A stretch of 64,000 bases of DNA from Candidatus Aenigmatarchaeota archaeon (GCA_038999725.1 JAWBWS010000001.1:96001-160000), one strand, 5' to 3'. Positions 36,267 to 45,767 are shown, numbered from the stretch's first letter. Numbers and translations are program-made. Notes: generated by a model from the letters alone, not told the origin.

Positions 36267-38504
36267 TCATCCTTTAATCTTTTCTTTAAACCAATTCAAC
36301 CACTTCTCGTAAATCATCTTTGAATCTAAACCACCAACTTCTTGCCTAACTTCCTCTGAAATTATGTGAAACATCTCATTGCTTTCAACCACAAAAGCAG
36401 CTTCAAGTACGTCGTCTCTGTTCAATTCCCTAGCAAAATCAACCATAGTTTGTTTTATCTTAGCCCTCAACAAAATATTGTCCCAAACTGCATCCCAATT
36501 ACCTCTCCATTCTCTCACACGCTTAGCGATTTCGTCCAAGACTTGACTCTCACCATTTATCAAGACATCAGTCGGCTTTAGCTTATCTTCTTTTGCCGAA
36601 TACTCCATTAGTGTGACAAAACCTCCTTCATCCATTGGGTCTTGTCTCCAATGCTTTCTCACTTCTGTAAGCTCTGTTACACGCCTAAACCTTCTCAAAC
36701 CATCTGGAGTCTTGAGCAAATTACAAATTGTTATCAAGTCTAAAGCCTTGAAACTTGTTGGTGGTACTTTCAAATCATTCACAACCCTATCAAAAACACC
36801 GTAAGCCGATTCACCGTGAATTGTGCCTGCAACCAAATTGGCTAGGGCGCCGATTCTCATTGCCTCAAATAAAGCTTGTGCTTCTATTGACCTTACTTCT
36901 CCTATAATCAAAACAGAATCACCAAGTCTCAAAGCAGTTCTTAAAGCCTCTTCTGCTGGGAGTTCAGCTTCAACTCTTGTTATAACTGAACGAGATTTTA
37001 GCCTTTCTATATTGTAGCCTAAATTCATCAACTGCACTGCAGGAAGCTCTAAAGTATCTTCCACAAGGCAAAGGCGGAACTTTTTCATAACCTCGACCAT
37101 TATTGCCCCTAACAAGCTTGTTTTACCAGAACCTCGACCACCAGCAACAAGCAAACTTCTTCCTCCGTCAATTATAAAACTCATAAGACCAGCATACAAA
37201 GGATCGAAAAACCCGACTTTGATGAAAAGTGGAAAAGTCCATGGTTTTTCCCTATGTCTTCTGAAAGCATAGCCTAACCCATAAGGAGATAAAGTTCTTG
37301 TTATCGCCGCAACTCTTGCCCTTCCTCCAGGTATCAAAAGTTCTGTGTCCAAAACAGGATTAGCTTCATCTAAAGGTCTTCCTGAGTAAAGTCTGAACCT
37401 TGTAGCCCAAGACTCCGCATCTTCTTTGGTTGGTATGAGGTTTGTCTCACATTCTTCAAACTCAGTATGATTTATGAAGACTGGAGTTGAGCCTATGGGT
37501 GAATTTATGTAAATATCTTGGATTTTTTCATCAGCAAGCAAAACTTCTAAAATACCAAAACCTGCTGTATATCTTGTTAAAATTTCTGCCAACTCTTCGA
37601 GCTCTTGAGAAGAAAGCTCAATCCCCCTACTTCTGGCTATATCCCTTATTAAATCTCTTCCTATGCTCATGAAGACTTCCCTTGCTTTTTCTGGTTCGGT
37701 GAATTCTCTTTCCGAAGGTTTATGCTCAGCAAGGTATCTTCTGGCTAGGTCTAAAATCATATATTTCTCTTCACTCAATGTGAACTCGGGTGGAACTATG
37801 TGGTAAACATATCTAACTTTCCCTGGAACTTTGAAAATTTCGACAGAAGTACTACCAACAAAATATTTTTGAATTGAAACCCCACCTTTTGGAGGTATGA
37901 GCATGTAACGTGTGAACATGAAATTTGGTCTTATTAGGGGGAAGAAAATCTTCCTATAGAAGCTTCTGTCTCCTGGTTTGAATTGTAAATTGCTTTGCTT
38001 AGCAATTTGAATTAAACTGCACTTTGATAAAATTTCTTCCATTGGTAATAGAACATTGTTTAAATATTCTGTGTGACAAGCCTTCATGTTTGATGCAGCT
38101 TTTTCTATCATCTCCTTTTCCCTAGCAATCATTTTCTGGAGCATGAAGTAAGCCCCTATCGGATCTTTCCTCAAGACCTGTGTTACTAAAAATTGAAGTT
38201 CAGAAAGTCTTTTTGGAAAGAGTTTCTCACATTGTTGAGGACCAAATTTGGCTATTGAGATAAGCTTATCTTCATTCAAGATCTTGTTATAAGCGACTGC
38301 TATTTCTTTGAGAAGTTTAACTTGCTCATAGTCATACTCCCTTTCCCTCGTCTCAACCAAGACAACTCTTTCAGCAGCTTTGGCTTCGAGCAAGATATCA
38401 ATAACAACAGCCATACAGGCTTCAGAATCTTCTATGCTTGGCTCTATTGCCCAATTCATTGCATTAATTCTAACCGTATTCTCAACAACTTCATATTCAA
38501 CCAT
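36267..38504 (-). CDS. Type IV pilus/secretion ATPase (TadA/VirB11/ArlI family)
   Basis: Walker A GGRGSGKTS, Asp box VEDTLEL, Walker B LIIGEVR, His box GTIHG. Confidence 0.95.
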   Translation of the reverse strand: MVEYEVVENTVRINAMNWAIEPSIEDSEACMAVVIDILLEAKAAERVVLVETREREYDYEQVKLLKEIAVAYNKILNEDKLISIAKFGPQQCEKLFPKRLSELQFLVTQVLRKDPIGAYFMLQKMIAREKEMIEKAASNMKACHTEYLNNVLLPMEEILSKCSLIQIAKQSNLQFKPGDRSFYRKIFFPLIRPNFMFTRYMLIPPKGGVSIQKYFVGSTSVEIFKVPGKVRYVYHIVPPEFTLSEEKYMILDLARRYLAEHKPSEREFTEPEKAREVFMSIGRDLIRDIARSRGIELSSQELEELAEILTRYTAGFGILEVLLADEKIQDIYINSPIGSTPVFINHTEFEECETNLIPTKEDAESWATRFRLYSGRPLDEANPVLDTELLIPGGRARVAAITRTLSPYGLGYAFRRHREKPWTFPLFIKVGFFDPLYAGLMSFIIDGGRSLLVAGGRGSGKTSLLGAIMVEVMKKFRLCLVEDTLELPAVQLMNLGYNIERLKSRSVITRVEAELPAEEALRTALRLGDSVLIIGEVRSIEAQALFEAMRIGALANLVAGTIHGESAYGVFDRVVNDLKVPPTSFKALDLITICNLLKTPDGLRRFRRVTELTEVRKHWRQDPMDEGGFVTLMEYSAKEDKLKPTDVLINGESQVLDEIAKRVREWRGNWDAVWDNILLRAKIKQTMVDFARELNRDDVLEAAFVVESNEMFHIISEEVRQEVGGLDSKMIYEKWLNWFKEKIKG

Positions 38505-38549
38505 ACAATTAATTTATCTATTCCACAAAACAAATGTTTATTGATAAGT

Positions 38550-38933
38550 ATGGTTACAAAAGAAGCTGAAATTGAGAGTTTTACAAGTGAAATTGTTAGA
38601 AGAATGAATGAGTATAGCAATAGAATAAAGAATGTCGAGTTGAGAGTAGAAAGAATGGAGAGTAGAATAACAAGTATAGAGGAGACGGTTCTCGCCCAGC
38701 TCAATAATTTGAAGCTGAGCTTAGAAAAACTATCACAAAAATTTTCCTCTATTTCAGAAAAATTGGGGAATATTGAAAGTGAAATCTTAAGGATAAATAA
38801 AGAGCTGAGCAAAACTGCACTGAAAAGTGACATTAAGAAAATAGAAGCTTTCATAGATGTTGTTAACCCCATAACCTCAAAGTTTGTTACAAAGGAGGAG
38901 TTAGAAAGAGCTTTGAAAGAAATGGAAAAGTGA
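38550..38933 (+). CDS. Coiled-coil protein divergent from the pilus ATPase
   Basis: ATG at 38550; heptad pattern. The track's upstream extension overlaps the ATPase and is unlikely. Confidence 0.7.
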   Translation: MVTKEAEIESFTSEIVRRMNEYSNRIKNVELRVERMESRITSIEETVLAQLNNLKLSLEKLSQKFSSISEKLGNIESEILRINKELSKTALKSDIKKIEAFIDVVNPITSKFVTKEELERALKEMEK

Positions 38934-38978
38934 GATAAATTTGTATTTAAAAACAGAAATTAATAATAAGGGGAAAAT

Positions 38979-39632
38979 ATGCCTTTACCTTTTTTACAAA
39001 AACCTGAAGTTGTGAAAAAAGGTGTGCCTATAGAGAGAATAAGGGAGCTTTCCTCAAGGGGTTTTTCAGAAGTTGAGATAATTGACATTTTAAGAAAAGA
39101 GGGCTATTCCCCCGAAGAAATAGATGCTGGTTTAACAGAAGCTTTGAAAGCGGGGGTTAGTGGCATATCCCCTCCAAAAGAAGGTCCTGTGAGCTTACCA
39201 AAGCTAGAGGAACTGCAACCAAAACAAACTCCAATAGAGGTTCCTGAGACTTCTTTGCCTCAAGACTACTTTTATTACACTTCCCCTGCTTATGCTTCAC
39301 AACAAGCATATCCTACAGAGGAATATATAGAATATATTGTAAAAGAAAGAGTTGCCGAGCTTGATGATAAATTGAAAGAATTCACAATAAAATATTCTGA
39401 ATTGGAAAAAAGATTTGCCGAACTTCATGAACAATTAAATGAGCTTACAAAAACCAAAACAACCACTGAGCAACTCATTCTCACCAGGTTGGATGAATTC
39501 AAATCTATTCTTGGTGATTTGGAAACAAGGATAGCTGGCTTAGAAAAAGCTTTCAAGGATGCTTTGCCTGCATTGATAGAGAGTGTGAGAGCTTTAAGCG
39601 ATGTTGTACAAAGGATGAAGAAACTTGTTTAA
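38979..39632 (+). CDS. Coiled-coil protein with small N-terminal helical domain and Pro-rich linker
   Basis: RGFSEVEIIDILRKEGYSPEEID followed by a C-terminal coiled coil. Confidence 0.7.
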   Translation: MPLPFLQKPEVVKKGVPIERIRELSSRGFSEVEIIDILRKEGYSPEEIDAGLTEALKAGVSGISPPKEGPVSLPKLEELQPKQTPIEVPETSLPQDYFYYTSPAYASQQAYPTEEYIEYIVKERVAELDDKLKEFTIKYSELEKRFAELHEQLNELTKTKTTTEQLILTRLDEFKSILGDLETRIAGLEKAFKDALPALIESVRALSDVVQRMKKLV

Positions 39633-39670
39633 ACTTAAATTTTTAGAAATTAAATAAAAAATTGGAGAGA

Positions 39671-40267
39671 ATGAATAGAATTTTCAATTTTTTGATCACC
39701 ACTCTTTTCTTCTTGATAGTATTTTCTTTTCCAGTTCTGGCACAAAACCCATTTCTTGACATGGTCAAAAGCTTCAGAATTAGTGGCGTCTTTGATATTT
39801 TCATATTCATCCTCTTCTTTGTCGCTTTCTATGCAATTTTGACAAAATCAAAAGTCCTTGGAAGCAACCCTGGAATAAATGGTATTGTTGCTCTGATTGC
39901 AGCCTTTTTCATTTCTCTTTATTCTACATTTACCGGCTTTAGTCTAATTGAGCCTCTCTCAAGATTTTTCACTCAAGCAAGTGTGATAGGAATTATGTTT
40001 ATCATGGCCCTTGTTATAGCAAGTGTTTTTTATCCAGATTTGCCAAAAATGCTTGGAGAATATATAAAGGGGCCAGTAATTCTTTATGTGTTGATTCCGT
40101 TGGCTCTAGCACTACTTATAACCTCTAGAACAATTTGGGTCCTTTGGGCCGGCTACAAAGTCACACCTGGAGCAGGATTAAGTGGTGATGTACCGATATT
40201 AATAATTGGTTTATTAATCTTTGGCGTCCTATTGATTATAGCAGGAATAATAGGAGGTAAGAAATAA
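39671..40267 (+). CDS. Membrane protein (YAILTKS family)
   Basis: FILFFVAFYAILTKSKVLG..NGIVALIAAF. Confidence 0.7.
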   Translation: MNRIFNFLITTLFFLIVFSFPVLAQNPFLDMVKSFRISGVFDIFIFILFFVAFYAILTKSKVLGSNPGINGIVALIAAFFISLYSTFTGFSLIEPLSRFFTQASVIGIMFIMALVIASVFYPDLPKMLGEYIKGPVILYVLIPLALALLITSRTIWVLWAGYKVTPGAGLSGDVPILIIGLLIFGVLLIIAGIIGGKK

Positions 40268-40824
40268 TGGAAAGCCCATTTGAGCTCATGATTTTGAGGT
40301 TGCAACAACTTGGTTTCTTCACATTTATACTCCCCTTCATTTTTATGTCAGCTGTCCTATATGGCTTATTAAGAAAATCTCAAATTTTTGGACCAGCAGA
40401 AAAAAATGTTGTAATAAATGCTGTTATAGCAATGACTGCAAGTTTCATGGTCTTGGCAGCTCCAGTAATAGCTGGAATAAACATTGAACAACAACTTGCC
40501 AAATTCTTCATTCAGAGCATGATAGTTGTTCTCGTGCTAGTTGTTGCTGTCCTTGCCGTTGGGATGTTTTTTGGACCAGATTTACCTAGCAAGATTCAAG
40601 AAAAACTTGGTAGCAAATATCTTGGTGGGTTGCTGATTGCTTCTATTCTCATTGGTTTAACCTTATTTGTCACAAGCGGTCTGATGAATGTGTTCTTTCC
40701 AGAAGGATTTGAGGGAATTGGAATCTCTGAAGATGTTGTGATTTCGATAGCGACAATAGTTTTTCTTATAGTAATAGTTGTGTTGATAGTAGTTTTCGTT
40801 AGTCGAGAGGAGAAGAAGAAATAA
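40267..40824 (+). CDS. Membrane protein (LPF..YGLLRKS family)
   Basis: ILPFIFMSAVLYGLLRKSQIFG..NAVIAM. Confidence 0.75.
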   Translation: MESPFELMILRLQQLGFFTFILPFIFMSAVLYGLLRKSQIFGPAEKNVVINAVIAMTASFMVLAAPVIAGINIEQQLAKFFIQSMIVVLVLVVAVLAVGMFFGPDLPSKIQEKLGSKYLGGLLIASILIGLTLFVTSGLMNVFFPEGFEGIGISEDVVISIATIVFLIVIVVLIVVFVSREEKKK

Positions 40825-41572
40825 TTTCAAGAAATTCTTTTTCTGTGAAGTGTAGTATTCCAGGAATTATTAAGACTGCTGGTAGTTCTATTTCCATTTC
40901 CATTAAATCTCTAAGCTGTTTGAAAAAAATTTTTGCTTCTTCACTCCCTGCTTTAGAAAAAGTGATAACTTTTTCATCCAAACTTATAATACCATCTCTT
41001 TTCATTTCTTCAAGCTTTAAGAGAATGTTGCAAGCCTCTTTAATACTCATGAATCTTTTCTCTTCGGTGTCTATATCTAGAAGACATAAGGTATGAAGCC
41101 CTCTATCTCTATTCATCTTTATAGTCTCATAAATCGACTCTGGGAGCTTGCCTTTTGTCTTCTCTGGTAGAGGAATTGTGACAGAAGCTCCAAACTTGTA
41201 AAGGTGAAGACCTGTTTCAGCTATCGCTGAAGCAATAGAAGAATTGTGTATGACCTTGGTCTTAATCCCTCTTTTCTTTGCATCCAGAAGTAAAGCTGAG
41301 TGTGTTGTAGCAACTAAAGGATCGCCACCAACAAAAATAACCACATTTCCTGTTTCAGCTTCTTTCAAAATTTCTGCAGAATTTTCTTCTAGATCTTTTC
41401 TCCTTAAAACTCTTATCTCTCTGCCTATAATTTCTTCCAATTTTTTAAAATCACCAAACCAAAGGGTTGTGTACAGCTCGATATAAACTTTGTCTGCCTT
41501 TTTAGCCTCTTCTATTCCTCTTAAAGTTAAGTCCTTTTCATCAAACAAACCTAAGCCTATAAGCACAAGCAT
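40799..41572 (-). CDS. dph5: Diphthine synthase
   Basis: LIGLGL, ELYT, GDPLVATTH, GLHLYKFG, GLHTLCLLDI, LHFTEKE. Confidence 0.95.
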   Translation of the reverse strand: MLVLIGLGLFDEKDLTLRGIEEAKKADKVYIELYTTLWFGDFKKLEEIIGREIRVLRRKDLEENSAEILKEAETGNVVIFVGGDPLVATTHSALLLDAKKRGIKTKVIHNSSIASAIAETGLHLYKFGASVTIPLPEKTKGKLPESIYETIKMNRDRGLHTLCLLDIDTEEKRFMSIKEACNILLKLEEMKRDGIISLDEKVITFSKAGSEEAKIFFKQLRDLMEMEIELPAVLIIPGILHFTEKEFLEIISSSPLD

Positions 41573-41599
41573 AATTCAATAATAGACTGAAAGATATTT

Positions 41600-42238
41600 A
41601 TGAAGATTTTATATTCAGGAAAGACTGTTCAAGGTAAAGATCATGAAGAAAATGAAGATAGCCTGCTCATGGAGCAAAATTTAAAGCTTTTTGCTGTCGC
41701 TGATGGTGTAAGCATACCTAAGGGTGGGAAAGAGGCAAGTCAAAAGATATTGAAATACTTAAAAGAGTTTTTTAAAGGAAATTTGAAAAAAGCAATAGAA
41801 AAAGCAAATGAGGTATTTGTAGAAGAAAAATCCAAAAAATTTTTTGAAGGTTATTCCACAATAGCAGCAGTTCATCTTAAAGAAAATTCTATGGAAGCTT
41901 GCAATGTTGGTGATAGTCCAATTTTCTTGATTAGGAAAAACAAAATTGAAAACCTTGCCTTTCTTGATAGGCTTTTCGGTACAAGCAGTTTAACCCAAGC
42001 AATAGGTGAAAATTTTATTAAAGTTCATTCTGTTGAAAAAGAAATTGAAGTTGGAGATATTGTGATGCTAGCAACTGATGGTATAACTGATGTTTTAAGC
42101 GAAGAAGAAATTGTTGAAGTTTTAAAAAAGCAAAGTGAATTAGAGAAGATTGTTGATGAAATCATACAAAAAGCTGAAAAAAAGCCAAGCTTTTATCAAG
42201 ATGACAAGACTTTGATTTTAATTAAGGTGATAGAGTGA
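41600..42238 (+). CDS. PP2C-family protein Ser/Thr phosphatase
   Basis: NEDS, FAVADG, NVGDS, LTQAIG, LATDGITD, DDKT. Confidence 0.9.
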   Translation: MKILYSGKTVQGKDHEENEDSLLMEQNLKLFAVADGVSIPKGGKEASQKILKYLKEFFKGNLKKAIEKANEVFVEEKSKKFFEGYSTIAAVHLKENSMEACNVGDSPIFLIRKNKIENLAFLDRLFGTSSLTQAIGENFIKVHSVEKEIEVGDIVMLATDGITDVLSEEEIVEVLKKQSELEKIVDEIIQKAEKKPSFYQDDKTLILIKVIE

Positions 42239-43002
42239 GTTTTGACATCATTGGCAATAGGGAGAAGGCGATAGCAATTGTTGAAATTAAAGAAGGAGAA
42301 GATGAGAAGAAAATAGCTGAAGAAATAATGAAGAAGCATAAAAATGTTAAATGTGTATTGAAGAAAATCTCTGGAAGGAAAGGCGAGCTAAGGCTCAGAG
42401 AATATAAGCTCATAGCAGGTGAGGAAAATACAGAAGTTGTTCACAAAGAATATGGTTATATTTTAAAACTTGATTTGCAAAAAGTGTATTTTTCTCCTAG
42501 AGAAGCTGGAGAAAGGCAAAGAATAGCCAAGCTAGTTAAACCTGGAGAAAAGGTTTTGGTGATGTTTTCTGGCATAGCACCAATAGCCATAGCTATAGCA
42601 AAAAAACAGTCAGAAGTTGATAAGATCTATTGTATAGAAAAAAATGAAGAAGCACATAAATATGCTGAAGAAAATGTGAGAAAGAATAAACTTTCTCATA
42701 AGATTTTTTTGATTTGTGGGGATGTAGAAGAAGAGGCCAAAAAATTGGGAATTGAGTTTGATAGGGTTATCATGCCTTTACCATTTGGTGCTAAGAACTT
42801 CCTTGAAATTGCTTTCGGTTGCTTGAAAGAAAATGGAATAATCCATTTCTATTCTGTTGGAGAAAATTGCTTGGAAATTTTAAATGAAATAAAAGCCAAA
42901 GCTGAAAGAAATGGAAAGAAAATAGAAGTTTTAAATATAAAAAAAGTTTCAGCCTATGCACCAAGGAAGTGGAAATTTTGCGTAGACTTTCAAGTGAGTT
43001 AA
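42235..43002 (+). CDS. Trm5/Tyw2-family SAM-dependent tRNA-modifying enzyme
   Basis: FDIIG, HKEYG..LDL.KVYFSPR..ER, MFSGIAP, DRVIMPLP. Confidence 0.88.
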   Translation: MSFDIIGNREKAIAIVEIKEGEDEKKIAEEIMKKHKNVKCVLKKISGRKGELRLREYKLIAGEENTEVVHKEYGYILKLDLQKVYFSPREAGERQRIAKLVKPGEKVLVMFSGIAPIAIAIAKKQSEVDKIYCIEKNEEAHKYAEENVRKNKLSHKIFLICGDVEEEAKKLGIEFDRVIMPLPFGAKNFLEIAFGCLKENGIIHFYSVGENCLEILNEIKAKAERNGKKIEVLNIKKVSAYAPRKWKFCVDFQVS

Positions 43003-43062
43003 TGGTTAAAAAAGCGAAAACATCTGAAAAAAGATAGATTTAAAAAAACAATTTTTTATCAA

Positions 43063-43148
43063 GCGGGGGTCGCGTAGCCTGGTCAATCGCGCGAGGTTCA
43101 GAACCTCGTGGCTTAGTGCCTTCGTGGGTTCGAATCCCACCTCCCGCA
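43063..43148 (+). tRNA. tRNA-Leu(CAG)
   Basis: Acceptor stem GCGGGGG/CTCCCGC, anticodon arm CGAGG-TTCAGAA-CCTCG, long variable arm, T arm GTGGG-TTCGAAT-CCCAC, discriminator A, no encoded CCA. Confidence 0.95.
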
Positions 43149-43243
43149 TGATTTAAATGTTAATTAATTTTAATCAAAACCTGCAATCCGAAACTATTTG
43201 CGAATAAATATTAATCTTCAATAGCTAAGTTTAATTAGAGGTT

Positions 43244-43981
43244 ATGGCAACTATCATCAAAACTAGTAAGAAGATAAAAAAAGTTTATAGGGATAAGGGA
43301 ATAAATGAAAAAATGTTAGAAAGTGTTGAGAAAGCATTATACTCTATTGATGGTGAAAACTACAGAAGTAAAATTTTGAAAATTACAGATGTGTTGAAAA
43401 GACGATTTGAAAAAAATGTAATTGATGAAGAAAAGTTGTATGTTGAATTTTTAAAGATATCTTATGGGGAAAATTGGCAAGCAGTATCAAAAGGATTAAG
43501 GCAGTATGGTAAGGGATTCTCACTCATCAATAAGGATGATCTCCCGATATTTCTAAATGTACTTTCAGATGAAATAGGTTATTGGGGAATAGAAATTGCT
43601 TCTCTTCTGACCTATGGTCCCCTTGATATATTAGAAATTGCTAAAACATTTAATGTAAAAGTAGATAAAGTACGAAGAATTCTGCACAAATTAGTTTCTA
43701 TTGGTGTAGTAGCGTATAAGAGTAAAGGAATACATGAAATTTATTCGCTTAATGAGTTGAACTTCAAACATTTGATTGAAAAACAAAAGAAGAAAATTGT
43801 GGAGAGAATAAATAATTTTATCGAAGAAGAAGAAAATTTAAATGTTGTTTGTAATTGTGGTTTTAGAACAACATTTGAAGAAGCCATTGATATGGGGTTC
43901 CGTTGCCTAAACTGTAAACGTATAATGGATTTAAAGAAAAATCATCAAATTCTTGATACTGATGTAGTTTTAGCTATGTAG
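43244..43981 (+). CDS. TFE (TFIIE-alpha)-like protein with ~100-aa N-terminal extension
   Basis: Winged helix (EIAKTFNVKVDKVRRILHKL..GVVAY) and Zn ribbon (VCNCGFRTTFEEAIDMGFRCLNC). Confidence 0.7.
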   Translation: MATIIKTSKKIKKVYRDKGINEKMLESVEKALYSIDGENYRSKILKITDVLKRRFEKNVIDEEKLYVEFLKISYGENWQAVSKGLRQYGKGFSLINKDDLPIFLNVLSDEIGYWGIEIASLLTYGPLDILEIAKTFNVKVDKVRRILHKLVSIGVVAYKSKGIHEIYSLNELNFKHLIEKQKKKIVERINNFIEEEENLNVVCNCGFRTTFEEAIDMGFRCLNCKRIMDLKKNHQILDTDVVLAM

Positions 43982-44239
43982 GTTACAAAATTGACATTTT
44001 CATGAAAAGCTTTAAATATCAATATAACCTAGTTATTTTAGGGTGTAAGAAGTGGGCGATGGTTTTTGCATTGATTAAAACTTTTTCCACTTTGAAAAAT
44101 AGAATTCCAAATCCTATTAACCCCATGAAATTTTACATATCAAATTTTTTAAGAACCAATAGGAGGAATGTTAACATCAAAGTGTCTCGATATTTTTCTT
44201 GCTCTAAAAACAAACCTAAAATAGAGTTAAAGTTACTAA

Positions 44240-44344
44240 GCCAGGGTGGCAGAATCAGGCTATGCAGTTCAGTTCAAATGAGTAGAATGGCCTGCAGAAG
44301 TTTGTTGGTAGCCACCTATGCGGGTTCAAATCCCGCCCCTGGCT
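44240..44344 (+). tRNA. tRNA-Cys(GCA) with two introns (about 44268-44287 and 44298-44309)
   Basis: Acceptor stem GCCAGGG/CCCTGGC, discriminator U, T arm GCGGG-TTCAAAT-CCCGC. Removing 20 nt and 12 nt gives a 73-nt cloverleaf with anticodon arm GTGGC-CTGCAGA-GCCAC. Confidence 0.85.
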
Positions 44345-44357
44345 CTTGGTGAGAGAA

Positions 44358-45767
44358 ATGCTTAAAGTCTTCAACACTCTCACAAGAAAAAAAGAGGTTT
44401 TCAGGCCCTTAGAGGACAAAAAGGTCAAGATGTTTGTTTGTGGTCCTACTGTTTATGATCTCTCTCATCTGGGACATGCAAAGACTTACATTCAGTTTGA
44501 TGTAATAGCAAGATATCTAAGGTTTAAAGGATACAAGGTTTTCTATCTCCAAAACATCACAGATTTAGATGATAAAATTATTGAGCGTGCAAAAAGGGAG
44601 GGTGTAGACCCACAAACCATAGCAAGAAAGTTTGAAGAAGAATACCACAAAGACATGAAAGCTTTGAATGTTATTTCGGTAGACAAACATGCTCGTGCTA
44701 CTGACTACATAAAAGAAATAATAAGTCAGGTTGAAAGATTGCTCAAAAAAGGATTTGCCTATGAGATAGAAGATGGAATTTACTATGATATAACAAAATT
44801 TGAAGAATATGGAAAGCTTTCAAGAAGAACTGCTTTAGAAGCTGAAGATGCTGTATCAAGGATTGATGAAAGTGTAAATAAAAGAAATAAAGGAGATTTT
44901 TGTTTGTGGAAGAGATCTAAGCTAGATGAACCAAAATGGTCTTCTCCTTGGTTTGAAGGTAGACCTGGATGGCATATAGAAGATACAGCAATTACAGAAG
45001 CTCATTTTGGCCCTCAATATGACATTCATGGTGGTGCAAGGGACTTAATTTTCCCTCACCATGAAGCAGAAATCGCTCAAATGGAAGCTATCTCTGGTAA
45101 AAAACCTTTTGTGAAGTATTGGCTACATACAGGCTTTCTCACAGTCAATGGAAGAAAAATGTCTAAATCCTTAGGAAATTTTGTGACCATAAGAGATGTT
45201 TTAAAGAAATATGATGCCGAAGTTATAAGACTCTTCTTCGTTTCTTCTCATTACAGAAGTCCTATAGACTACAGTGAGAAGAAATTAGAGCAAATGAAAA
45301 AAAATCTTGAAAAATTGTATACTACTTTACAAAACCTCCAAGAAGCCAAAAAAAGAAGAGAAAAAACAAAAACTGAGAAAGAGTTTGAAAAATTTTTAAA
45401 GAAATGTGAGAAAGAGTTTGAAAAATTCATGGATGATGATTTCAACACACCAAAAGCACTTCTTTCTTTATATCAACTTTCTAACAAAACTAACAGTCTA
45501 CTCGATAAACAAAATAATGAAATAAATGAAAGACTCGCAGAAAAAATAACTGAAACTTTCAGAAAGCTTGGTTACATTTTCGGCATACTGCAAAAAGAGG
45601 TGAAGAAAGAGAAAGTTCCAGAAGAAGTTAAAAAGTTGGTTGAAGAAAGAGAAAAATTGAGGAAGATGGGTGAATTTGAAAAGGCTGATGCCTTGAGAGA
45701 AAAGATAAAATCTTTGGGTTACCTAGTTGAGGACACAAAAGATGGACCAAAGTTAAAGAAAGCTTAG
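44358..45767 (+). CDS. cysS: Cysteine-tRNA ligase
   Basis: CGPTVY, HLGH, GRPGWHIE, HGGARDLIFPHHE, KMSKS; GGTGA upstream of the ATG at 44358. Confidence 0.97.
   Translation: MLKVFNTLTRKKEVFRPLEDKKVKMFVCGPTVYDLSHLGHAKTYIQFDVIARYLRFKGYKVFYLQNITDLDDKIIERAKREGVDPQTIARKFEEEYHKDMKALNVISVDKHARATDYIKEIISQVERLLKKGFAYEIEDGIYYDITKFEEYGKLSRRTALEAEDAVSRIDESVNKRNKGDFCLWKRSKLDEPKWSSPWFEGRPGWHIEDTAITEAHFGPQYDIHGGARDLIFPHHEAEIAQMEAISGKKPFVKYWLHTGFLTVNGRKMSKSLGNFVTIRDVLKKYDAEVIRLFFVSSHYRSPIDYSEKKLEQMKKNLEKLYTTLQNLQEAKKRREKTKTEKEFEKFLKKCEKEFEKFMDDDFNTPKALLSLYQLSNKTNSLLDKQNNEINERLAEKITETFRKLGYIFGILQKEVKKEKVPEEVKKLVEEREKLRKMGEFEKADALREKIKSLGYLVEDTKDGPKLKKA
45374..45427 (+). repeat. 21-bp direct repeat inside cysS
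   Basis: TGAGAAAGAGTTTGAAAAATT at 45374 and 45407 (EKEFEKF twice). Confidence 0.8.

Noticed and set aside
34232..38504. Archaellum operon
   Set aside because: No recognisable archaellins or ArlF/G/H; organisation fits a pilus.
43095..43101. TCA inside the anticodon loop, suggesting tRNA-Sec
   Set aside because: The 7-nt loop TTCAGAA centres on CAG, and the 7-bp acceptor stem and A discriminator fit tRNA-Leu.
44002..44352. 116-aa ORF in the track
   Set aside because: It runs through the tRNA-Cys gene and has no protein-like motif.
45374..45427. Repeat in cysS as a possible regulatory or mobile signal
   Set aside because: It is an in-frame micro-duplication in a variable helical region and most likely neutral.
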